Positions 37,807-48,356 of a stretch of 64,000 nucleotides of DNA are shown piece after piece. The stretch is taken from positions 19,096,001-19,160,000 of the forward strand of contig CP075492.1 in assembly GCA_021613535.1 (NCBI GenBank). The letters are read 5' to 3'. Numbering within the stretch: the first letter of the stretch is position 1; the number at the start of each line of letters is the position of its first letter. The stretch is from Adineta vaga (lineage: Eukaryota; Animalia; Rotifera). Under the pieces are notes generated by a model, which was not told the DNA's origin, did no database searches, and saw only the letters and a program-made list of their open reading frames with translations. Position numbers and translations under genes: made by a program.

Positions 37807-38580
37807 AAGGAATAGTACTGATATATTTTTCGAAATCTGCTTGAAACTGTTAAACTGAACTGTCCTTTTTATGAATAGTTTGTAGTCAACGATGTATGAC
37901 TTTATTCACGGATAATTTTGTATCTTGCGTATATTATTTAAAATCACGTAACGTTTCAAATTCTAACGTAAACATGAAAAGAAGAGAATATGATATTTGC
38001 ATTTTTATATAACAAAAATACCGAACAGATATAGGTTTTTTTTATCATACACAATAGAATTACATATGCCCTGTGTAAAACGAAAAAGAAACAATACTAT
38101 TTCGGTTTTTTCCCTCTCTTTTGTACACATGCCTCGCTTGTTATCAAGACAATATGACGAAAAGGAAAAAAAACCGAAATCCTATTGTTTTTTTCCTCTT
38201 ACACAGGTTATATTTAATTTATTGTACATGATAAAGAAAAAAACCTATATTTTTTCGTTTTTTTTTGTCGTATAAAAATGCAAATATCGTATTCACCTCT
38301 TTTCATGTTTACATTAGAATTTGAAACGTTACGTGATTTTAAATAACATACGCAAGACACAAAAAAATACCCGTGAATAAAGTCATACATCGTTGACTAC
38401 AAACTATTCATAAAAAGGACAATTAAATTTAACGGTTTCAAGTAGACTTCGAAAAATATATCAATACTATTCCATATGGCCTTATTTACATATCCAGGCG
38501 CATTAGTCAATTGGATTACTACAATCAACGCCATTCTCCTGCTTTCCAGTCTCGTTTCCGTCTACTGTAGTAATCCACCG
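37700..38580. repeat. Almost spacer-less imperfect palindrome centred at about 38142
   Basis: The whole intergenic region and signal-peptide codons mirror each other; ATGs at 37806 and 38476 are equidistant from the centre cttg-ttat-caag. Confidence 0.9.
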
Positions 38581-39361
38581 ATAACTTTGGATAATGAGCA
38601 CAAATGGGTAACTCTCTTTCCTGCTGCCGTTCAGGATAAAGCTTTAGAAATTTACAATCATGTTCCTGGTACTACAATAAAGTTTTTGAATCTAAAATCA
38701 ATAACAAAAAAAGCAGAATGTAGTGAAGCAGATCTGACTATTAGAAGCTCTACTGAAAGTTACAATGCTGAATGCAATGAAATACGAAAAATTTTAGATG
38801 ATTCGATGAACAAAAAGAAGGCCGCACGTGGTATTGGAAAGGAATACGATGAAGGTTTTAAAAATCTTCGTTATTATTTACGGAAATCATTAATGAAAAT
38901 GTTTGATGGAAAAAATTTTTGAAATAAATTTGGATGATGTTGCGGAAGAAATTACAAAAAATTATTTTCAACAGTGTCCAAATTGGGAGGAAGAAGATGA
39001 ATATTTACCGGCAACACTTCAATTTGACAGATCATATTCACGGAATTACGATTCAGCAAAAATAATTATCGAAGTATATGTCTATGCTGATTTAATCTTA
39101 AGATGTGGACAGCCAAATTACTCTTGGTTGCTCTTGGGAGATTATTGTAAGATTAGTTACGATTTAACAATTGAATTAAACGGAGTTTCAATGGATTCGT
39201 CAAAAATGTCAAGGTTTTCTCAACTTGTTGCCGAAAATCACGTATCAGATGTAATCGAAAAGATCGAAAAAGAAGTTCAGCTAACATGGAATGATTTGGA
39301 TGATACAAGCTCTGAGGAAACGAGTACACGCAGGTTCGCATCGACATTGGACGACTTGTAA
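38476..39361 (+). CDS. Secreted protein, right arm of the palindromic duplication; needs a +1 shift at AAT TTT TGA (about 38920)
   Basis: RKSLMKMFDGKNF/EINLDDVAEEI aligns with RESIKKAFKTHGFTEIRPEDLAQDI of the left copy. Confidence 0.7.
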
Positions 39362-39393
39362 AAAGTAAATTGATTATGGCGTTGTAGAAATCT

Positions 39394-39441
39394 TGAGGGT
39401 GGGTGTAAGACTCAGAAGTACACCCACCCACACCCACACCC
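39394..39441. repeat. Telomere-repeat hairpin
   Basis: aaatct-TGAGGGTGGGTGT-AAGACTCAGAAGT-ACACCCACCCACACCCACACCC. Confidence 0.85.
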
Positions 39442-39444
39442 ATC

Positions 39445-40316
39445 ATCAGATTCAAAATTGAATAATGAATTTCTATGGTTTCAACGTATTCTTTCTATTG
39501 TAATAGATTGTTATGATCGTGAAAGAGCAAAAACAACAATTTTCACGATGATCGAAATCAAGAAAGAAAAATTGAAATATTTGAAAAAACTTATAAATCC
39601 GAAAATACTCGTCAATGGTATACAGGTGAATGTTTCTTTTTTTTGAAGTATTAAATAAAGCTGAACAATTTTATCAATGGTTATTTGATAAAGGATTCAT
39701 CATTGATATGTCATTTATTGATCTTATTGTTAATTGTTATATTGGTTTAAGTGATGTCTGTCGAAAACAAGGTGAAATTGATATTGCATTAGCGTATAAT
39801 CGTTTAGCGATTGAATAATGTCAAGATCGACTTGATCTTTTAATTAAGGCTTATAAATACATAATAGTCTTTGTGAACCAAATCTTAAAATATGCATTAG
39901 AATATTTCTTTCAAGCTCTTGATATTTTCAAAGAATTAAATCTTTATCATGATATTCTTCGATGTTATGATGTCATTGGTCAAATTTATCCTGATAAAAA
40001 AGAAAAAGATCTTTCTTTAAATTATCATTTGAAAGGATTAGAAACTATTGATCAACTTTATTCTTCATATCTTCCATTTATAATGAAGCACTCAATGCAA
40101 AATTAAAATATGAGCCAACAAATGATCCAAATGTTGCTGAAAGTTATGAACTTATCGGTGGACTTTATCATCAAAATTTAGAATTTATCCTGGAATGATA
40201 TATGAATACGATTCATCTGATGACGAAGCCTGTGGTTTAACTTCTTTACGAGACGCTTTTGATCACGCGAATAAACAAATGGAAACGGATAATGATGATG
40301 ATCAAGAAGAAGATTA
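39445..40316 (+). pseudogene. Fragmented TPR-repeat gene starting mid-coding right after a hairpin
   Basis: LNNEFLWFQ.., TPR-like CYIGLSDVCRKQGEIDIALAY and ALEYFFQALDI; multiple frameshifts and stops. Confidence 0.75.
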
Positions 40317-40514
40317 ATCGAAATAAATGAGAAACATTATCTCTTTGAGAATTCTATTGAATGAATATTTCTTATTCTAAACAAAAATATGCATCACATT
40401 CTTTACGTTGATAGAAATTTCTCAAATGTTTCAAATAACGAGAACAATTAAAATACGATTGGTTCACAATAATACGAACATTGATGAGACAATCGATTAA
40501 AAATCATTACAATG

Positions 40515-40560
40515 ATGGAGTGGGTGTAAGTATTACATCTATCTAACACCCACATCCATC
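40515..40560. repeat. Telomere-repeat hairpin, core B, between convergent 3' ends
   Basis: GATGGAGTGGGTGT-AAGTATTACATCTATCTA-ACACCCACATCCATC. Confidence 0.7.
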
Positions 40561-40729
40561 GCGTCGAACGTGTTAATAGACAGAAAACGTTTTTTGCTTA
40601 TTTATTTAGTTAATCTCTAGGATATGAATTTTTGCGAAAATCACATAAGAAACAAATTTGTGTGTTATGAATAGATCATACTACTCATGGTTGTTGATGT
40701 TGCGGCCCACAAATATTTTAAAAAATTTA

Positions 40730-43700
40730 TTACTTCGTTGGCGACAAAGCAAAATCATAGACTTGTTCCAAAATTTCTTGGTCCATAATAATCGGTGAGA
40801 CATGATATTCCATGGTTGAAGATACTTTCGGTTTATCTTGTTGTTCATCGATCGATACATATTTTACTTTTCGATAGAAAGCTTCAATTGTCGATGAATT
40901 TATTCGAGTTTCTTGATCTTCTTCAATAACTTTGAGACTGATTGGTACGACTGACGGATGAAGATGACCACGATTTATTTTAATATTCGGTCTACGACCA
41001 TCGAGTAATCCAGTTGATTGAGTTCGTAGGACTGAAACAATGATTCCATCAAATCCCGATGAACCCGAATCGTGTGTAATAGCAGAACGAATTTCATACA
41101 GGCTATCTGTATTAGCAGCTGGTTGACGTACATAACATTTTGACCATAGACGATAGACACGTATTTGTCGAAGGGTTTTATTTTTATCATATAACAATGT
41201 GTAATATTCTGACGGAGCTGATGTTAGCCGGCAGTCAAATTCATAATCTATTTTATTTTTCATTGTCGTTGATGATGATACCTAAATAAATCGTATAGAG
41301 GCGAAAAAAACACATTGATGATGTTATTAATATTTATTATGAACGTACTCTTTGAGTGTGTAAGCGATCGGTATCGGCATAATTAAAACGAATGAACTGA
41401 TCATTTTTTTCTTTAATAAGCTCTTCTAATTTACCAAGTTTCTGAGGCATTGGGTTTTGTTCAACAAAATATATATGACCGTAGAAGATCACAAAATAAA
41501 GTGATCCATGTATTGCTTCTTTGTAGGGAGATGATTTTTTCTTGAACACATCCTGTTTTCCCATATATGTGGTTAATTTATCTATTGTCGAGTCTCGATC
41601 AGGAGTGTTTGTTGTTTCCTTATTCAAATTAACTGTGTACATAGTTGTGCTAGCGACAGGAGAAAATTGTATAACAGTTACAGTTGAAGTTTTTGCATTA
41701 ACAGCCATGAGAAAATCTGGTTGACAAGAATCGCTATTTAGGAGTGTTGGAAATGGCGCAACAGGTCCTGTAGCGCCCGGATTCGTTGGTATATTAGACT
41801 TTTTTTCACTATATAAATGACAAAGAATTAATTAGCTATTAATATTTAAGCAAAAGATGAAGATAAATTTACTCAGAAGTGGTGTTTCCTTTTCCATTTG
41901 TTGTAGGTTTTAGTTTTACTGGTGTTTCTGATGGTGGATTATCTGTTCTTTTTCTAGGATAATATTAAAAATCAACGATCATAAAACCAAAAGCTTCCAC
42001 AACTCTTACGGAGTGGTTGATCCACTATTATCTTGTGGTTCTTTATTATCAGACTTTTTAATTGGGTTTTTCGGAAGCTCCCCGGGGTTCGCAGTTTCTT
42101 CACAACTCTTTCCATCAAGCCATCTTTTAAATTTTTCATCTTGAATTTCAGCTGTTGTTGCACCTTTGATAGCTCTCACTCCTTGTGGAAAGGCATTAAT
42201 CACTGGTTTTTCGTGCCATTTATGATAGTTGCTTTCAGCTCTTACGAAAAGTTCTTCTAAGACACTCGTTGAATCATACGTTGGTTCGCCCAATTTTCTC
42301 ATAAATTTTGGCGAACGTTGACAATATTTCGCTTGAAATGGTCGAATCTCTGCCTTGTCAACGAATTTTCCGGTTTTAGGTGAATCAACAGCAAGTGCAA
42401 ATAGTTCAGCTAATTTTTTACAAGGTTCAGAGAACGAATGTTTTTCGTGTCGATCTGCGACGACAGTATGAGTATTTGCAATCATACCCAAGACGACACC
42501 AGCGCCAAACGATTCAACAATATGATTAACAATTACCTCTTGATTAATTAATGATACTTCTGCTTTTTTTGCTCCTTCATATGATAAGGGTTCAACATCC
42601 TGTTCTATTCTTAAACTATCACCCCAATAAACCCAGTACTGGTCCCCATCTAAATCGGAACCAGCTATTTCATTTGAATGTGGACGGTGGCCATTAATTG
42701 GAAATACGATGACATCACGCATACATTCTTCTAATTTACGATTATGGACACTTGCAATCGACGAAAATCACCAGGCCATAGACACGGATTTTTTGTCACG
42801 AGAACCTTGCCTCAAAAGTAAACATCATAATGGAAACAATTAATTGATTAGCGATGCAAAACTTACCAGTAATTACGCGAAATTTTCGTTGACCATTATT
42901 TGTTGCATCTAATCCGGAGCATTGTATAAAACATTCACCATACTTTAGTTCACCAGTTTCGTCTGCTACACCAAATAAATTTCGACCATCTTTTGGCGGA
43001 ATCGGTATACGATTTGTAATTAAATTGTCTTTCCTGCCGAGAAATAGTTCATTGAAATCATTATATTTTATTTTTCTAGATAAAAAAAATTAGCAGCTTA
43101 CGATAATGAATAAGAAGCATTTTTCTGTACTGCAATATCGATCGCACTTGGCTGTTGATCTTCAGGAACTTCCCATTGAGTAAATCCTCGATTTTGAAAG
43201 GCAATAAATACATCATCAGGATTTTTCAAATCACTTAGAAGACGAATTACTTGATTGTTTAGTGTTAATGTCACTAAATAATTCAATACAATATTTTTTG
43301 AAGTAGAAAATAAGACATATGACTTGATTACTTGGTCGAGCAAATTCACATATTTCCAGATTCCAATCATCACTTGGAAACTTCATCATTGATTCACGTA
43401 CAGAAACGTAATAGTCATCCAATGTTGATTCTGGATCAATAGCCACCATACCTTTACAACCAGCGACACGTATTTGATATGCTGATGGAATGTCTTCCTA
43501 AAATCAACAAGTAATCAATAGAAAGTTAGACTCTCTTAAACAAACCTTGCTATATAAGGGAATATTCATTCTTTGAGCTACACGTCCAGCTAAACCCCAT
43601 GATATTTTACCAATACCATCCGTAAAACAATATTCAATTCCATTAATACCGTTTCGCTTAATATCTTTCTCTTCATAAACATAACATAGTTCACTATTTA

Positions 43701-45566
43701 GACGTATATCATTTTTGCTTTCTACTTTAATCAACGTAATCTACAGAATAACATTATATATATATATAGTACTTTCAATAAAAAAAAAGAAGTATTTTGC
43801 ACAAAAGACACTTACACCAACAGGCCATGTAGTGGAAAAGTATTGGCCAACACGAGCAATATATGTAGCGATATTTTTTATCTTATCAAACTTTCCTAGT
43901 ATATCATGTGCCTCTTTCATATCTTTCAAACTCGGAGGTAAATCGATGAACCAAAAACCCATTTCTTTCATTTGACCTGTACTTGCACCCATATATTTAA
44001 AAGTTTTATTCAATAATTCAATTCCATTGAGCATTGCACTTTTTAATCTATGCTTGATATTTGAACTGGAAACACGTAGTCGTCGATTATCTTCGTCACG
44101 AAAATGCACGAGAAGAAATCGTTCTGCGCCACCAAATCTACATAGAAATTATTAGTTTTAATATCAATGAAGAAAAACCGAATGATTAAATAAATTTACT
44201 GAGGATTTCTTAAAGCTCGACTTCCAGTTGTAACTTCAAGTGGTTGAAAGATAATTTTTAGTGGTGTTAATGTACAAGTAGCAACTTTAAGTCGCTGTAT
44301 ATCTCGAACTAATATTGCTTGTTCATCCATATTCACATCTGCTTTGCTAGCTTTTTTTCTTGTTTCATTATAATCTCTGGCAGTTCGTGTTAAATCATAT
44401 CCATGATCGTTCCGTAATTGTTCAAGTGCATAACAACAGAAAGTATAACGGTCGTCGACATTCCATTTATTCCAGTTTAATTCTTGATCAGTTAGTTGTG
44501 CCCATTTATCTCGAAATACAAATCCAAGTGAAATAAGCATTTGTAAAGCATAACGATCTTGAAATGATGCATTTCTATAATTAAATGGGTCAGGTCTTTG
44601 ATTTTTATTATTCTCTGTTAACCAGTCCGATATTTTGAAAGTAGAAAAATTAATCTGATATCGGTCAGGACGATCCATTAGAAAATAAGAAAGAAACATC
44701 CAGGCTCTTTCTTTTGGTGGTATGAAATATAAAACCAAATCAGAACATTGTGGAATATCTTTGATAAAGTCAACATCTCGTTGATCACTACACAGTCTAA
44801 AAGAAATGAAAGAAAATAATTAAGTAACAAAAAAGAACAAAACAATAATCTAAATGTGATAATCGTACCGAACTGGTTTCTTATTTGGATTTTTAGCAGT
44901 TTTATCTTCGCCTTTGATTGGTTCCATCCGATAAACATTCGGTGCATATTTAAGTGGAAGTAAAACATAAATTCCATTTTCTGCATTGTCTTTGTTAACT
45001 AAAATATTCTTTTTCTGAATTGAAATAAATGGAATAACAATACGTATATCGTCAAATTCAATATGTAAAGTATCTGGTATTGATTTTGATGGTATAAACG
45101 AAAGTTGAACGATTTTACCATTGAATGAAACATGGGAATAAAATTGGTTATATGATCGAAGTGAACCAAATTGGCATGATGCAGAAAATGTTGCTCCTTG
45201 CTGGTGAACATCAGTCGTAGTTGCTTCTAATGAACGTGGCATAAGTAAATGCAGCGGATCCGAAAGAATATTAAACCAAACAGTTGATTTTTCATTCGGT
45301 AGCACTTGTGCAAGTTGATCACGAACTTTATTAGCCTCGTCACGTGCCAATGTAAAATTAATTGTATCATTTCCATTTTCACCACAATTGCTTATACCTT
45401 TCTTATCGAATCTTTTTGGACGCACAAAACTATAATATAAAATGAATATTTTTAAATAGAAAACAAAATCAAATAACAATACATACGTTTCGATATTGGA
45501 AGCAAGCTGTTCTCCAGCTCTCTTCGATGGTATATGTTTAAACTGACAGTGTACTGAGCCACTCAT
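40730..45566 (-). CDS. Eukaryotic (RNAi-type) RNA-dependent RNA polymerase with a long C-terminal extension; about 13 exons; 1-nt frameshift near 42751
   Basis: RFLLVHFRDE, FTDGIGKIS, YQIRVAGCKGMV, FGVADETGELKYGE, VTKNPCLWPGD, HSNEIAGSDLDGDQYWVYW, AVDSPKTG. Confidence 0.93.
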
Positions 45567-46133
45567 ATCTATAAAGTAAAATTTATCTTATTTAAAAAAA
45601 GCAAAGAAAATTAAGTATTTTCAGCTGAAAGTGTTATATATACACTCACTGGGAAATTATTTTTTGAAGCAAAAGTGTTTTGTAATCTATATATATATAA
45701 AGAAGAAGAAAAAAACACCAATTTGCATATGTCACATCTCGAATTTTTTATGCGACAGACAAAGGAAAAATCCAACACACACCAGCACTCCACAGGTGTC
45801 ACCGCCGTTCTTTTTCTCTTTTTTTTGCTTAACAACACACCATGCATACCGCAAAAGAACTGCTATTGTTTTTGATTTTATTCAGAACACAAAAAAAACA
45901 GAATTCATAAAAAAACAATGTGAATTTCTTAAGTGTCTCTATCAATAATTTGTTGTATTGTATTTCTAATATTTCAGAAACGAACTCGAGTATGATTATA
46001 AAAGCATGACGCAGAGCATAGTTTATTTCCAGATATTACTATTACATGTAATTGTGCAACTGGGAAGAAATGGTTGCAAAGATAATAAACTCTTGTAGTA
46101 TGATACTTGAGAAAAAGAACCTTAGTGGGAAAA

Positions 46134-46235
46134 TTTTTGTGTACTCAAAAAGTAAGTACACTACTAGAATTGGTAAGCACGTGGATGGTGGATGTGGGTG
46201 TTCTTTCTTTTCTCAACCAAACCCACAGACCCTTG
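46134..46235 (+). mobile_element. HINE-like end fragment running into a degenerate telomere-like hairpin
   Basis: ttttgtgtactcaaaaagtaagtacactactagaattgg, then GGATGTGGGTG..AACCCACAGACCC. Confidence 0.55.
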
Positions 46236-47054
46236 TTCCCTGCTGTAGAGGCCTGCAGGGTGAGACATTTTAGTAACTTGTAACCTGTCCTGCCCTGTTA
46301 AAGTTTTCGCAACCCATAACCTAACCTAACCTGCTCTGTTCTGCGTTCTTTTGAAAATAGAAAAATATATCAAGAACATCGCGAAGATGGATGTTGGTAT
46401 TCTCTTAGCTTATCCTCACCAGCACCTTTCCACTTCTTTCAAATATCTCTGACTAATTTTATTTTATTATCGGTTTCGAACTGATTTCAGAACTGTACCA
46501 ATACTTCAGTAATTATCGTGTCTATGAACGGATGAGCAGAGTACCAAACTGTTCAAGCAGTGCACTCAGTTTTCATCATATGAAATAAATTACCTGCCTT
46601 ATGCATATACCACCTATTTTCATCTTGTCCCTTACCATAAAACTTTACATAGATCAAGTTCTTATCTTTACTATTGTGCCAACACTTTATGAACGTTTCT
46701 GTAAACCTAGGAAACCACCTGAGAAACTATGGTGACGTTATCTACGTGGAACATCTTGACTGGCACTTCACCCAGGTCAACCTCACCCTCAACGTCATCC
46801 ACATTCCTTCCTCATGTTCCAACAAGTTCTCGACGTTATATCGTGACTGGGAAACCACCATACAAAGGGTGAAGACTTCACCTATCATAAAAGCACTTGG
46901 GTGAAATTTCACCCAGATCACTTATGTCACTCACATTCACCCTCAGGACTTGAGGACCTATGGGTACTCCTTTGAAAAAGAACTTGAAGACATAAGGGTA
47001 ATGCACATGAAGCACAGCAGACTGATATATCCTGTGAAAATGACGAAAAAAACA

Positions 47055-47298
47055 TTTTGGCAAAAAATTCCTGTGCTCCTCCTCAGGGATGGTCTGGCCA
47101 GTTTTCAGTATTTTTACGAGAACTCAAGCAGTTCTTGACCGATCGGTCTCATCTTCGAACTCGCCTGAGATATTAATGAGGCTCAACTGTGTGGCAAATT
47201 TCAGCTCAATCGGACTCTCCTTTCGAAAGTTATCGGATAAACAGACGGCCGGACACACTGACCGATTTTAGTAGTGTACTCACTTTTTGAGTACACAA
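47055..47298 (-). mobile_element. HINE/DINE-1-like element end (inverted copy of 29304)
   Basis: ggacacactgaccgattttagtagtgtactcactttttgagtacaca. Confidence 0.75.
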
Positions 47299-48232
47299 CA
47301 AATTTATATTCTATGTTATTGCAGAAATTCACTTTAAATAACAATTATTTTCGAAAAATAATGATAAAAACATGCAAAATAAACATTTTCTCATAGAATA
47401 CAAAAGATCAATTTAACGAATGAAAACAAAGTAGATCAATTAATAATAGCTCTTTCTATGCAAGGAAATAGAATAATTAAAAAGATTAAAAGTTAAGCTA
47501 ATCAAATTTAATAAATAGAGAAAATAATAAGAGGAAACTGAAATATATTTTATCATCAAATAATACAAACTCAGGCTGGTGCAACTAATAGGCAAAAATA
47601 AAAAACAAACGATACTGTGTACAACATTTAAACGATTGTTTAAGTAAAATGAGTAAAAGCAGAGTTTTACCGATTATTCATTTTTTCACAACAATAACGT
47701 TACTAAAGTTTTATTTCTGTCGTCTTCCACATTTTTCTTAGTCGACATTTCTACATTCTAATAGTCAGAAATACTGTTATAAAGTACAGCGTAGTCCAAA
47801 AATGATACAATTCAAGCATGAATTAACTCGTTGAATGTTTATTTCATTCTCACTTAGAAACTATATTTTGTTAATTGAGATTTCTATTTATTCAGTTACA
47901 GAATTAAGCATATGTAGAGAAATTTCTTCACCTTAAAAAGCCATGAAGCTGTCCTAATCTTACAATATATTAACTGTTAAACTTTATAAAGTTGATCTCA
48001 TTCTATTGATTATTATATACATTTAATAGAGTTTCCTAGTTATGAATTTCGTCAATACATTAAAATAAAAATGAAATCTTTTAAACATAAATAACTATTC
48101 AATAAAAAGTCGATTTTTCACTTATTAATATTTTATTTTAAAATAAAAACTGTGTAGTGTCAATAAGATTGAAATATATTTTTTAGATAGTGATCACAAT
48201 ATATATTGTTCGGAAAAAAAAAGAATTTTTAT

Positions 48233-48303
48233 TAAAGCCCATCGGGTCGAAAAATTTTCGGACTCGAACTCGATTGAGTTCGGCTCCTACTCGATGGACT
48301 CTA
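48233..48303. mobile_element. 71-bp hAT-type MITE
   Basis: Imperfect TIR TAAAGCCCATCGGG/CTCGATGGACTCTA; 8-bp TSD ATTTTTAT. Confidence 0.7.
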
Positions 48304-48356
48304 ATTTTTATTGATAATAATGTACATATATATATATTAATAAATATGAATAGTTA

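Noticed and set aside
37498-38922. Conserved programmed frameshift shared by both palindrome genes
   Set aside because: The breaks are at different positions; the left one accompanies a large deletion.
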